A DNA stretch of 63,791 nucleotides, counting the filler, from Octopus bimaculoides (taxonomy: Eukaryota): assembly GCF_001194135.2 (NCBI RefSeq). It is 8 parts of 8 records of this genome, joined end to end, with 100 filler letters (N's around TTAATTAATTAA, not from the genome) between each part and the next. Parts side by side here need not be neighbours in the genome. Positions count along the whole stretch, not along the records: positions 23,358 to 31,170 come from NC_068988.1; positions 31,271 to 47,133 come from NC_068982.1; 6 more parts are not named here. One strand, written 5' to 3'. Each line of letters opens with the position of its first letter. The first letter of the stretch is position 1. Shown in pieces: positions 23,758-36,210 of this stretch. A program made the translations under genes and the position numbers. A model generated the notes under the pieces. The model was not told the origin of the DNA. It saw nothing but the letters and a program-made list of their open reading frames with translations, and made no database searches.

Positions 23758-24313
23758 ATTAAATTTAAATTACGATAAACGTAAACAAACAAACGAAGTT
23801 TGCTTTTAGGAGCGTTGAGATGTCTTAGAAAGAAAACGAAGTGATTTTAAATTCGCAAACGCAGGATAATGCTAATAGTATAGCCTGAACAGGATAAACT
23901 ACCCCTATTTTAGAGAAAAATGTGTAGGCGGCCAGCCATGAGACTCGAAATGACACCTCCGTGATTACACGTCGCGGTGCTCTCGACCAATTAAGCTAAA
24001 CTGCCCAACCACAAGTTTTTCTGCAAATTTAAGATGTATTGAAATCTCGCTTTATGAGACGCTATCATATGTTAAATTGAAATTACGATAAACGTAAACA
24101 AACGAACGAAGTTTACTTTAAGAAGCGTTGAGATGTCTTAGAAAGTTAAAGAAGTGATTTTAAATTCTCAAACGCAGGATAATGCTAAAAATCACTTCTT
24201 TAACTTTCTAAGACATCTCAACGCTTCTAAAAGCAAACTTCGTTTGTTTGTTTACGTTTATCGTAATTTGAATTTAACCTATGATAGCGTCTCATAAAGC
24301 GAGATTTCTATAC
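23758..24313. repeat. Direct repeat (period about 314 bp) plus inverted repeat (126-bp arms, 26-bp spacer)
   Basis: 23758-23875 resembles 24072-24189; 24036-24161 is complementary to 24188-24313 with 6 mismatches. Confidence 0.92.
23930..24005 (-). pseudogene. tRNA-like sequence (Thr-UGU-like), degenerate or SINE head
   Basis: GGGCAGTTTAGCTTAATTGGTCGAGAGCA-CCGCGA-CGTGTAA-TCACGG-AGGTGTCATTTCGAGTCTCATGGCTGGCC. A-box, anticodon arm with TGT in the loop, damaged T-arm and acceptor stem. Confidence 0.55.
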
Positions 24314-25332
24314 ATGGAGGCTATGGTTTTAGTTCCCGCGGTGAGGAAGAAACCAGGCTGCTGGAGTTCTGCAATGCAAATGACCTTATGGTTTACAATA
24401 CTAACTTCAAGAAACCTGCCAGCCAACTAGTCACCTACCGATCTGGTAGTCACACTAGTCAAATTGACTACATCCTTACCAGGAAAAGGGAAAGATGGCT
24501 ACTTTTAAATGCCAAAACCTTCGAATGCGAAGAATGTACCCCACAACATAGACTAGTAGTTAACGACTTCAGGATCAGGGCTAAATGGATGCCCAGAAGA
24601 TGACCAGCATGGAGGAGAAGGGTCTGGAAGCTTAAAGATCATGTGAATGGACAGAGATTCAGAGACGTATTAGTCCAAGCTTTTGACGAAATAGAGGGGT
24701 ATATAACATCACGATGGGGAAGACAATTGGAGGTTTCTACGAGACAACCAGCTGAGGGCAACAGATCAGATCTGTGGATGGTGCAAAGTCATCTCTTGAC
24801 CAAAGATAACGTGGTGGTGGAACAATGTTGACAGGACCTCTAAGGAAAAGAAACAGGCTTGGAAGGATTGGAAGAACAGTGGCAGTAGGGAATGTTACCA
24901 GACTACCAGAAGGGAAGCTAGGAGACAGGTTTATTCAGTCAGAGTGGAAGCAGATAAGAAAAAATTTGCCAATGTTCTGCGCCGTGAAGACCAATGACTT
25001 AAGGTATTTTGTGTTGCAAGACACTGTGAGAGAGAATCATGATGTCATAGGAGAGAAATGTGTCTGCATGGATGATGGTTCACTTGCATTAAACGAGGCT
25101 GCAAAGAGAGGGGTTTGGAGACGCCACTATGAAAGGTTGCTAAAGAAAGAGAATGAATAGGAGAAAGAGAGCCTGCCGAATGCCGACCTAACAGAGGAAC
25201 CAGCTATCTGAATTGACAGTGACTTGGTAGATAAAGCAATTAAGGGTATGAAGACAGGGAAAGCCCCCGGCCCATCAAGAATCACTGCAGAGATGCTCAA
25301 AATATCTGGCAGTGTTGGCTATGGCTTAGTCA
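24314..25332 (+). mobile_element. RTE-clade LINE fragment 1 (APE endonuclease C-terminus to pre-RT)
   Basis: HGGYGF..LLEFCNANDLMVYNTNFKK..VTYRSG..SQIDYIL..QHRLVV; TWWWN; KAIKGMKTGKAPGPS.ITAEMLK; stops and frameshifts. Confidence 0.92.
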
Positions 25333-25334
25333 AA

Positions 25335-27247
25335 GAACAATGAAGAAGAGGTAAGAGCTGTAGATGGAGATTTAATGTGGTTCTAGATATGAGGAGGGAA
25401 CAAAGTCGCTGGAGTTTTATGATGCAAATGACTTACTGGCTTGAAAAATCCACTTCAGGAAACTTGCCAGCCAATTGATCAATCTGGTTGGCCCACTAGC
25501 CAGATTGATTACATTCTCACCAGAAACAAGGACAGGTGGATGCTTGTGAATACAAAGTCCTTCCCAGGTGAAGAATGTACAACTCTACATAGGTTAGTGC
25601 TTAGCTAATTGAGGCTAGAAGGACACAGACCAGTATAAAAAAAAAAAGCTCAAGGATCTCTCAAATGAGCAGACATTTAGAGATACTCTTAATGAAGCAT
25701 TTGATGAGAAGGAGAAAGAGAGAGACATATGACATAGAAGACACTGGAAGTGCTTACAGGATAATCTACTGAGGGTGGTGACAGACCAAATTTGTGGTTG
25801 TAGCAAAGCATCTGCCAGGTCAAAAATGATATGGTCGTAGAAAAGTAGGATAGTCATATCAAGTAGCTAAAAGGGAAGCTAGGTGTCAGGTTTATCTAGC
25901 TAGGGTAGAAGTAGAAAAAGGAGGTTTGCCAACATGAAGATCAGAGACTTGTGGTGTTCTGGATTGCTTGACAGTATGTCAGAGAGAATTGGGATACTGT
26001 GGGAGAGAATTGTGTACAGATGGATAACAGTATGCTTGCACTTAGTGATTCTGAAAAGAAAGAGGCGTGGAAGAGCTATTTATGAAAGGCTATTAAATGT
26101 GGAGAATGAATGGGAGAAAGGGAGTCTCCCTTGTGTGAACCCAAGAAAGGGGCCAGCTATTCTAGTCAACAGTAGTATAATAGATAAGGGAATTAAAGAT
26201 ATGAAGGCAGGAAAAGTCTGTGGTCCATCAGGAGTCACTGCTGAGATGCTTATAATAGCAGGTAGAATAGGATACAGCCTTGTTACCGTTATAGTTAATC
26301 AGGTTATTCAGGAAAACATAATTCCCAGTGACTGATGTAGCAGCATCATAGTCAGCTGCTACAAGGGTAAGGGAGATGCCTTAGATAGAAATAATTATAG
26401 AAGTATCGAATTGCTGAACCACGGGATGAAAGTTACAAAGAGAGTTAGGTGAAATGCAGTTTGGCTTTGTATTGGGAAGAAGTGCTACTGATGCTATTTT
26501 CATAGTAAGGCAACTGCAAGAGAAGTTGCCATTGTATTTAGCATTTGTTTATCTGGAGATAACATTCAACAGAGCACCTTGCTCTGTGATATAGTGGTCT
26601 CTGAAGAAGTAAGGTATAGACAAATGGCTCATGAAAGCAGTATTGGCCATGTACATGGGTGTTATTAGCAAGATAAGAGTTAGCCATGAGTACAGTGATG
26701 AACTTAATATATCGGTAGTTGTTCATCAAGGCTCAGTCTTCAGTCCCCTCCTATTCATCATCATCCTCCATGCTATAACAGGAATTTAAGACTAGCTGCC
26801 CATGGCAACTGCTATATACTGATGATTTTGCACACATAAGAACTAGAAAAAAAATTTCAGGTGTGGAAGTAAAAGCTGGATTTGAAAGGCCTTAGCAAAG
26901 ATCAAGGTCTTAGTAAGCAAGAAAACAAACAGGACCATACCCTCTTAAGGTAAATGGCCTTGATAAATATATAGGAAAAGTGCAAGCTATAGACACATAC
27001 GAGGTACAGTGGAATAATAGCAGAGAACGCATGAGTTAGTTTGTTGAAGATGTACAGAAGCCATAAAGTCTACAGATAAATTGGAAATTGGTTTTCTCAA
27101 ATGCTCCAGAAGCTCTCTAGAGGACGTGGATAATTTCTGCTACCTAGGTGACACAATTAGCAATGGAGGAGGATGTGCAAAAGTAATTGCTAGAATAAGA
27201 ATAAGATGGAGAAAGTTCAAAAAGATTTTAACTTTGTTGGCTACAAA

Positions 27248-27292
<45 letters not shown>

Positions 27293-27410
27293 AGTGAAAA
27301 GAAGATTGTATGATACATATGTATGAACACAATGCTTTATGATAGTGAGGTGTGGGTGCTGAATGCAGAAGACATGCAGAGACTAGAGAGGAATGAAGCT
27401 AGTATGATAT
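25335..27410 (+). mobile_element. RTE-clade LINE fragment 2 (endonuclease to RT to C-terminus)
   Basis: GDFN-like start, SQIDYIL, YKGKGDALDRNNYRSI.LL, MQFGF..STDAIF, AFV.LE..F.R, HQGSVFSP.LF, LLYTDD, FCYLGDTISNGGG; heavily mutated. Confidence 0.92.
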
Positions 27411-28250
27411 CTTAAAATTACCTTGGTAATATTTGTCTGTGAGGGGCTTTACTCAGCTTCTACCTCCATCCTCTCTGCCCTGTCAAACTCCCCCCTCCCC
27501 ACACATTTCATCTCCTAACACCCATCACTTCTCTATCATCTGAGAATAAAATACGCTAACACTACATCCCCCAGCTTTCTCAGTTATCACTCTTCCCCCA
27601 CCCCAAATCACTTCCATTCCCCATTGTCTTGCCTCACCTTCTGTCTCTGTCAGTTATCTCATTATGTGCTCTCTCCATCTTTAGCACCTCACTTACCTGT
27701 TATTAACCCTCAATGCACTCACATATCTACTGCAACCCTGTCCATGAGCTTCTATATTTCTCACCACCATTTGCCACAGCCACCTCGGCCCTATCCACTC
27801 ACCCACTTCAAACATCTGTATCATCTCAGCTATTTTCACCACCCTCAATGTCACTCGAGGCTATATCCTGCCATCTCTCTCACTACCATTCCTTTTATCT
27901 TACTCACTAACTCACCCTCCTTTCTTTTCCACCTGAAGTACCCATGCATCTATTCTGCAGCAAGACTATCTCTGTCCCTCTGTAACTTTAGTCTCTCAAA
28001 TGGCAATGATCCTCACCCCATCAATAATACTCCCCACTCTCAGTTGAAGGGTTTTTGTCAGTGCTAGTGCTACATAAAAAGTGCCCTGTACACTCTGTAA
28101 AGTGGATGGCATGAGGAAGGGCGTTCAGCTGTACAAACCATACCAAAACAGACAATAGGGCTTGACGCATCTCCTAGCCTTGCCAGCTCTTCTCAGATCA
28201 TCCATCCCATGCTAACATGCAATGGACGATGACGATGACGACGACGGGAC
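27411..28250 (+). mobile_element. Probable RTE 3' UTR and tail
   Basis: Pyrimidine-rich stretch ending AAAGTGGATGGCATGAGGAAGGGC..CCATCCCATGCTAACATG..GGACGATGACGATGACGACG, a short-repeat tail; family recalled, not database-checked. Confidence 0.6.
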
Positions 28251-28299
28251 AGATATCCAAATGTATGTATTATCTACATCCCAGTCACCAACACAAGTA

Positions 28300-28790
28300 T
28301 CATTTTTGCATCTATTTGCCTCTTTTTATGATGTAACGATTTGTCATGGTATTTTGTCATCTCTTTCATAAGACTAGATTCCAATTACTTCAAATGCTTA
28401 ACGCTTCTTAATACGACTGATATCCTTATATACATCACATATCCATTTCAGCATTAGTCTTCTAGCTTGCACATTGCATCAGATTCTTCTTTTATTCAGT
28501 TTCTCCATTGGGTTATTTGAACTCTATTGATCTGCCATTTAGTCAAACAATTTCTACTCAAGTATCATATAATCCAGTTTTTATTCTGAAAGAGAAACAG
28601 AGATAACAGTTTCCTGACATTTGTCCACTCCATTCTTACTTTTACTTCTATATTTTTGCAACACACACCTTCATTGCTAATTAGATCATCTAGGTAATTA
28701 AACCAATTCTACAGAGACTTCTGGTCATTATCATAGCCAACTGTTTCTCTGTGCCTGCTACATATGGAGTCTACTTCCTCTGGCCAGCTT
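28300..28790 (-). mobile_element. Old RTE-clade RT C-terminal fragment
   Basis: FNYLDDLISNEGVCCKNIEVKVRMEWTNVRKLLSL..FRIKTGLYD, homologous to the 27140-27320 region. Confidence 0.6.
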
Positions 28791-28971
28791 CCTCTGACCA
28801 GCTTCCTCTGACCAGCATAATCCCACTATTATTTAAGCATACAAGTTCAAATAACTCATAGCATAATCTTCTGCATGACAGACAAAGACGTATGTAGAAT
28901 CCATGACTAATGACTAATGGTTCAGTGAATTATGTGTGTATATATACGTGTGTGTGTGTGCGAGAGAGAGA

Positions 28972-29002
<31 letters not shown>

Positions 29003-29099
29003 TGTGTGTGTGTGTACATCTATTCCCACCATCATACTACAGCTCCTCTCACTACCTCACTTAAAGTCATCATTTTCTCTCTCCTGTTCTCTTTTTCAA

Positions 29100-29430
29100 T
29101 AGTGGAGGGATTTTGCACTGTAAGTTGCTGGGTGACATGAGAAAAGCATCCAGTATACTCTGGAAAGCATTTGGTGAATCGAAGAGAGACAACACAATAT
29201 TGAGAGGGTTCTTTAGTTTTGCTGAGGTGACAACATCTGTAGTACTAGTGCCATCACAAAATGTACCAAATACACAATGTCAAGTAAATAATGTTAGCAA
29301 AGATATCTGGATGTAGAAACCGCATGAAAACTGAGAAGCTGGAGTATGATATAGTCCTTTTGATCTTTCAGCTCTTTCCAAATTCTCCAACCCAAGCCAG
29401 TATGGAACGTGGACATAAACTGATGATAAG
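29100..29430 (+). mobile_element. RTE-tail-related repeat
   Basis: AAAGCATCCAGTATACTCTG..CCAACCCAAGCCAGTATGGAAC.TGGACATAAACTGATGAT resembles the 28070-28250 tail. Confidence 0.45.
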
Positions 29431-29717
29431 GATATGCATGTATGTGTATATATGTATGAGTGTGTTTGCATACAGAGTTGGATAATCATATATATGTGTG
29501 GGCCATGGACATTTGTGTATCTTTCTACCTGCCTGTTTATCTGTATGCCTATCTCTGTCTATTTATGCCTCTATGCAATTACTTTATGCAATTACTTTTC
29601 CAATTCCTGCTATTGAGGAGATCAATATCTAATAATAATTTCAGCCACAAACCCAATGAAATCACTGATCTGTTTTTCAATTGAAGAAATACTTGCACAC
29701 ACATGCGTGCATGCGCG

Positions 29718-29793
<76 letters not shown>

Positions 29794-30140
29794 CACACAC
29801 ACAAATCTGAAGAAGCGAAGTTTTGTGCTCAACAATCTTACAGACTGAATCGAGTCAATGTCATTATGTTCTAATTTTATGGATTCCAAGGTGAACTTGC
29901 CTCAAGAATTACTGAGAACACAACTAAAAAAACGTTTGCTTCCTTATTTTATCAAGTTTCTAATCCTTTTAATGCGAGTATTTACCAGTTTTACCACACA
30001 AATATTACTACTTACACCATTATTTTTTATAGATAACTAATCATGTATGAATAAATTTTGTGTGTATGTGTGTGTGTGTGTGCGTGCAGGTGCACCTACA
30101 TATATTCATACACACACACATACATACATACATACATACA

Positions 30141-30383
30141 TGGTGGTTGTCTACTCCTTAAACAGAGTTTGACCACCTCCTGCACCTACACCTTAGCCCT
30201 TTCATAGCGTCTGATGTGGCTTTTTAAACCAGACAGTGTTTTGAAAAAAACACCCACACAGATTGCACCTCTGATTTGCACTACCAATACCTGCAAGTAA
30301 GTTCTGCTCATTGTGGATCCTAACATGTCTTTTAAGACCCCCATTGGATTTGCAAACCCTCTGGCACACACCACATTCAAACG
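30141..30383 (-). mobile_element. LINE 3' end with two C2H2-like zinc fingers and (ATGT)n tail
   Basis: CGVCQRVCKSNGGLKRHVRIH and (with a frameshift) CNLCGCFFKTLSGLKSHIRRY; flanked by (TACA)n on both sides; no TGEKP linker. Confidence 0.6.
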
Positions 30384-30429
30384 TACATACATACATACAT
30401 ACATACATATGTATATATGTGTGTGTGCA

Positions 30430-30655
30430 TGTGTATGTGATATTAAAAATCCGATAGCCAATATTAGTAACAGAGTTTCTAACCTCCTTTCCTCTAAGGA
30501 AATTTTCAAGAAGGCCACCTTCTACTATGACAATGCCCTAGCATATAGTGTCTTCAAAGATAAATTAATATATAACTCCTCTGATATTAACTGGAATAAC
30601 AATAATAGGCCTAAAAACAGACCTAGGAAATTTATTTGGTTTCTCAAACACTATG
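30430..30655 (+). mobile_element. Penelope-like RT-linker fragment
   Basis: IANISNRVSNLLSSKEIFKKATFYYDNALAYSVFKDKLIY..RPRKFIWF. Confidence 0.8.
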
Positions 30656-30751
30656 AACTTAGCCCAAATAATTGCAGCTCATAATTTTAAAATACTTAAA
30701 TCAAAGGGAATTGGGGAGGATAGCGATGTAACCCTGATATAAATAATAATG

Positions 30752-30815
<64 letters not shown>

Positions 30816-31170
30816 TAATAATAAGAAGAACAACATGGATGTGCTACACCGGGCTCCCTATACAAAAACATATCTAATCCAATAACATCGATGGAATTAG
30901 GCAACAGAACCGGTGGAAGATTTGAAGGAAGCGGTCTTTTAACGAAGATAATTATTTAAAAAAATATTCTTTATTCTTAAAAAATGAAATTTCACTGCAA
31001 TACAAAGCACAGGTCCTCCTATGCACGATGTCTCAATGAAACACGTGCGATCACACACGCAAAACCAACACCGGAAAGTTTACAAACTATATAAAAAAGT
31101 AATGGAACAAAATAGTAAGTACATATATTGAATAATTACGCATACACTCGAACGTGTACACAATGATATA

Positions 31171-31270
31171 NNNNNNNNNNNNNNNNNNNNNNNNNNNNNN
31201 NNNNNNNNNNNNNNTTAATTAATTAANNNNNNNNNNNNNNNNNNNNNNNNNNNNNNNNNNNNNNNNNNNN
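31171..31270. other. Artificial 100-bp join spacer
   Basis: N44-TTAATTAATTAA-N44. Confidence 0.97.
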
Positions 31271-31392
31271 CTGTGAATTTGCGTGTGTAAACTGGGAATG
31301 CATACAACGAGTTTCTCTGCCCTAGGTGTACGGAAAACACTCGGCGAGAAATGGAAGAAAATTTGAAGAAAGAAGAAAAAAAACAACATAAC

Positions 31393-31444
<52 letters not shown>

Positions 31445-31446
<2 letters not shown>

Positions 31447-31660
31447 CCTTTCTGTTAAAGGCACAAGGCCTGAAATTTGTAGGGAGGGATTAGTCAATTG
31501 CATAGACCCCAGTGCTTCGCTGATACCTGTTTTATCGACCCAGAAAAATTGGAAGGCTCGACGTCGGCAGAATTTGAACTCTGAACTTAAAACTTAAAGC
31601 CGGATGAAAACCAAATATTTTGTCACCGAACCAACGATTCTGGAAACTCACCGTTTTAAC
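31445..31660 (-). mobile_element. SINE family B, decayed, with (AAT)n tail
   Basis: GGCACAAGGCC..GACCCCAGTG..TATCGACC..GGCAGAATTTGAACTCTGAAC resembles 44090-44316. Confidence 0.75.
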
Positions 31661-31799
31661 AACAGCAACAACAACAATTTTTCACATTTCTGCTAGCAAT
31701 TCTTTAAGAGGAAATGGGTTAACCAATTTCATCGATCCCACTACTTTACTACTACTTTATTTTATTAACTTTATTAGCAGAGGAGAAACTGAAACACGG

Positions 31800-32330
31800 C
31801 AGGCTTCAAGAAGAGACAGACGAACGAGAAGAAAACAACTGGACAAGAGAAGAATTAATGATGCAGTCATACATCAGACCGTGGAGGGTGAGAGACTTCT
31901 TCATAAAAATTACTCTATGATTCAAGTAATGAGACCACATCACGAGTAAAATAAGAATATACAAGATTCTGGTTGTAGGTGAGATTTCAAAGAACTGGAA
32001 GAATTTGTGCTATGTCAGAATCTTGTCAGATAGCTGAAGAAACTGTGAAACACAACTGAAAAAATTTTTCTGTGGTGATTTAAGGGACTCGGTACAACAC
32101 TCAAGTGGCTCTCGACGAGTCTGAAATATATTGGAATTGAACATGTATTCATGAACCTGTAGAAATATTCTTTCCTGTATACTGCACGATTCCTAAGAAA
32201 GATTCTAGGTATTCGACATTTGCCTACAAACCTCAAGATAATGTTTCTACTGATTAAATTAATTTGGAATAATAATGATGGACTCTCCAACCGAGGAAGA
32301 CGTATGTGCATTCAGCTTTTGCCGAAAACC
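31800..32330 (+). mobile_element. R4/Dong-like LINE 3' end (RLE domain end), decayed
   Basis: SVVI.GLGTT..LKYIGIE..L*KYSFLYTARFLRKILGI, homologous to 39150-39320. Confidence 0.6.
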
Positions 32331-32389
32331 CTTCACAAATAATTTGTTTATATTGATCAAAAGTGTGTGTAGTACATTAGTCCACTCCC

Positions 32390-32575
32390 TCCTTCAAATC
32401 GACGTTGCCTGAACGTGTAAATCGTGTAAAACGCATCAGTTGTCGAAGTGATCGCAAAGCAACGTGAGATGATGTATTTTGCTCAAGAACACCACCTACG
32501 ACCCCGTCAAGGAATAGAAACCACGATCTCGTGTTCGTGAGTGCAACACACTAACCACTAGGGCATACGTCCTCT
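32390..32575 (-). mobile_element. SINE family D-like copy
   Basis: GCAACGTGAGATGA.GTATTTTGCTCAAGAACAC..GGAATAGAAACCACGATCTC..CTAACCACTAG. Confidence 0.6.
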
Positions 32576-35500
32576 GTAATGATAATTTTAAGAAAAAATT
32601 CAAAGTACTTATATCTAAAAAATGCAGAAGATGTATTTTATTTACTTAAAAATGATCTGGAATAGGAAATATTCCATACATGAAACAATATTTTATGTAT
32701 TAGCCAAGATAAAACGTAAGGTCTGTCTATTTTTCAGAACCGAGTACAAAGCCAAGAGATAGACTGAAATAATAAGATACATACGTCCTCTATAAACTCG
32801 TATTACAATACATGAGTCGACGCAGCACAAGATTGTCAGAATGATTGACAGTGTCCTTACTCCATGTTATGTTGTTTCTCTTGCGGAGTAATATGAACGG
32901 ACTCTGAAAGACAAAGTGTTACGGAACGATGAGTTCGGAAGGGGTCGGCATGGGTTTTGCTCATTCTTATGCTTCCCTCCACCCCGCAAAAAAAAAAAAT
33001 TCCCCCAAAAAACACATGACCGTTCTTGAGCATTTCTTAGTCGTTGTAAGAATACAGCCATTAGGGCTGACGATGGAAGGCAGGAAAGTAAGAGCAGTTG
33101 GAGGCGTTCTGTCCCGAGCATTTTTCAAAATGTGGAGGACTGGGTTTCAAAAGCATTTCTGCTCGAGGTCTAGTAATTGGCAACGAAGATTGCCTTGTTC
33201 TTTGTCTGGGAGGGTGACGATAAAGTTGAGAGACTTAATCACCAACGATAGCAAACACTGACAGCACGGTAAATATGAAGGTGGAAGTGTGTCCGCAGTA
33301 ATGCAGAAACAGAAACAAACCCAGATTCCTATAATACTAACCAGTAAGAACAGCAACAGTTACACAAATGTACGCTATTGTGACATTGGGGAGAGGATAA
33401 ACACGACAATGTTCCAAAATATCTCGAGGAGAGGAAATTAAAAAAAGTCAAAGACCTTTGAAATCAATGTTTGACCCGAAACATGAATCAAGAAAAATAT
33501 GTGTAAGAACAACCATCTCAACAATGGTGACAACTACAACAAGGAAGGCTATGATTTGAAATGCACTGTCTGTTGTAAATGATACCAAGCTCTGGTAGGT
33601 TGAATATTACTTGTGTTGTCCGACGCATATCATGGAAACGTGCTGATTACTGAGACAACATTAGGGCTGAGATATAAGAGGCACACTATAGAAATGATGT
33701 TATTAAAAATAATACAAAATCATAATAAATTAAAACAAGTGTATCACTAGAACATTGGTTCTTTGTTTCACCGTCCAACACAGGAAATCTTAATGGTCAA
33801 ATTCGTTTGGGTGAGACAGCAGTTCAAACAATGCCTTGCATACAATTTAACCCAACCTTAACCACTGATTCTGACTTATAGAGAAATGAAAGACCAATTT
33901 TTCATATTATAGTTTCTGTTCAAATTCTATCTTGTTTTAATTATTGATTATCATATTTTTTTAGAAATAAATTTCTGTGTAATCACTTGTTTTAAATATT
34001 TTTAACATATTCCCACGTTAACCATTTATTGTCTTTCAACTCTGCACTCGTCTAAATATAATTGTTTATCCTATTCTATGTCTTTTGAATGAAAAAAGTT
34101 TGATTTGCATGATTTTTCCAAGTTACGCATGGAACTTGGTACTGGCTGCACGACTATTGCCATACATAATTTAGATAAAAATACCCTAATTTAGACGTCT
34201 TCTCTTTTCTGAAAAATGTTCGTGTATTTGCAATCTATTCTATATGACTGCTATTACAGAGAAAGTAAAAAAAATATTAAAAAGAAAAAATGTAGGAGAG
34301 CAGCGTATACGCCCACTCAGTAGAAATATGAAGAAATAATTTTATAATACACGAAAGTGAAATTGAAAAATAGATAAATACAGGAAATACGATGTGACAG
34401 AGAGAATCTATCAATTGGACAGCTGAAATAGTAAATTTTCGAAATATGAATCAAACTATCAACAATAAAAATCTTAGAGCAAACTTGTACAATACTAACA
34501 GACTTCCTAACAATAATTTCTTTGCTAGCGCTAAAAGCGAGCGTTGGGGTAGGCTGTTTGACATGATTCAAATATAGAGAAAGGTAGAATTAAATAGCAG
34601 ATGACAATAAAAACAATGCCTACATTTTTGAGAAATTGATACAAAAGGGAACAATAAGGAAAGTGACTTGTTTCTGCTTCATGAAGATAAGTGGATTACA
34701 AATAAAACAAAATAAAACAGAAAATATGATGACGAAGACAAGGAAGACGAAAAATTGAAATTCAGCGTTGTTTGTAAATAAAACCAAGACCCCAGAGGTT
34801 AGATAAACTCATCTGTTGACCACTGAGATACGATGAAGGATGTGACACAGGATGTTATTAAAATAATGAAAAAATGGTGACGTCGTTGTATCCTGAAAGT
34901 GGGAGAAGCTCGAGATAATTTGCGGCACAGCATATGTTCCAGTGATTGGAATAATAGAAATGGAGATGCTTATATGTTTTTGGAAACTGAAGACCGAGCG
35001 AGAAAACTGGTAGTTATATTATCTCATAACATGGTACCATTTAATACGAGGGGTATAGCTTAGGGAAATGATGTGCACTTGAACACGTTGCTTATCAATA
35101 TGTATTGAAGTCACATGACATGGTTAAGTGGGGGTCGATCAGCATAAATGTGCATGTCATGTTACTCCGAAGACCACACGACATACATGATGCTGAATGC
35201 CAACATTTGTGCAATTAAAGAAGGGAGCTGACAGATGGTGTAGGAAGAAGATTCAGTTGCTTTATGTGAAGCTATAACAGTAACCTGGTGGCTTTCTTCT
35301 TAAAGAACCTACAGGCACAGAAGAAGAGGGATGGAGAGCAACAAAAGCACCGAAAACAGGTAACAGACACAGGTGTTGCCGTTCTGCTGAAGGGTCCCAA
35401 TACAACAAAACGTCGATTCATTCTCAGTACCAGAGTTTCCTTCCATGACTACAACTAGTAGTGGGTTCCCACAAAATTTTTGTGTTGTACCAAAGTTAAA

Positions 35501-36054
35501 ACGGAAATAATAAAAGACTCGCGAAATCTGCTGGTAAGTCTTTTCAAAAAATCCCCTTTCCCGAGTAAAGCATCCAATGATGTTTTCTGAATGTGAGAGA
35601 ACACCTACTGAAATAGTGCTGAACGCCTTATGAATATGGAATGGACTACATGATCCCAAAATTCTGTTTCATAATATTTTGGTTTAATTTTCTAGCATGC
35701 TTATCATTTTAAACAATGTTGTAAGGGATACAAGTGAAGATGAATAAATTGATCTCACACACCGTCGTTTAGCACTGTTACTTCTGTTAGAAAGAAATGC
35801 GACTTTACTCTTGCTGAAACCAAGACTAAAAGTATACCCCACATGGTGTTTTGCCAAGATTCAACATGAACAATAACGTTAGCAATAACAAGAGCAACAG
35901 CAAAAATAACAACAGCAGTAGCACCACCATCACCACCGCCACCAGGACCACACACAACTCAAAATTAACGACATTGTCATCAACAAGAAAAATACTACTA
36001 CTACTACTACTTCTACTATGAATACTGCTCCTACTGTCAGTTAAATGTAATAAT

Positions 36055-36210
36055 TTCTAATTTTGGCACTAAGCCAGCAGTTTTTAGTGGTGGGGGAGTA
36101 TAGTCGGTTATATCGACATCACTGCTTCAGAGGCCCTTTATTTTAACGACCTCGAACAGAGGCCCTTTATTTTAACGACCTAGAAATTTGTAGATTTTAC
36201 TTAGTACTAC
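36055..36210 (-). mobile_element. SINE family B partial with internal 29-bp-period duplication
   Basis: TTTTGGCACTAAGCCAGCA..TATCGAC; CAGAGGCCCTTTATTTTAACGACCT occurs at 36128 and 36157. Confidence 0.55.

Noticed and set aside
23930-24005. Functional tRNA-Thr gene
   Set aside because: Acceptor stem and T-arm mispair, the B-box is damaged and the anticodon loop lacks the conserved U33.
24036-24313. Library fold-back chimera
   Set aside because: The arms differ at 6 sites and the right arm shares alleles with the upstream copy; a chimera should be near-identical to its partner.
32870-33720. Possible L1/Tx1-like fragment or exon (..CGGLGFKSI..)
   Set aside because: Only one short motif; stops in all frames; no splice-supported ORF.
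35300-35660. ORF 35309-35659 or LINE remnant
   Set aside because: No recognisable motif in any frame.
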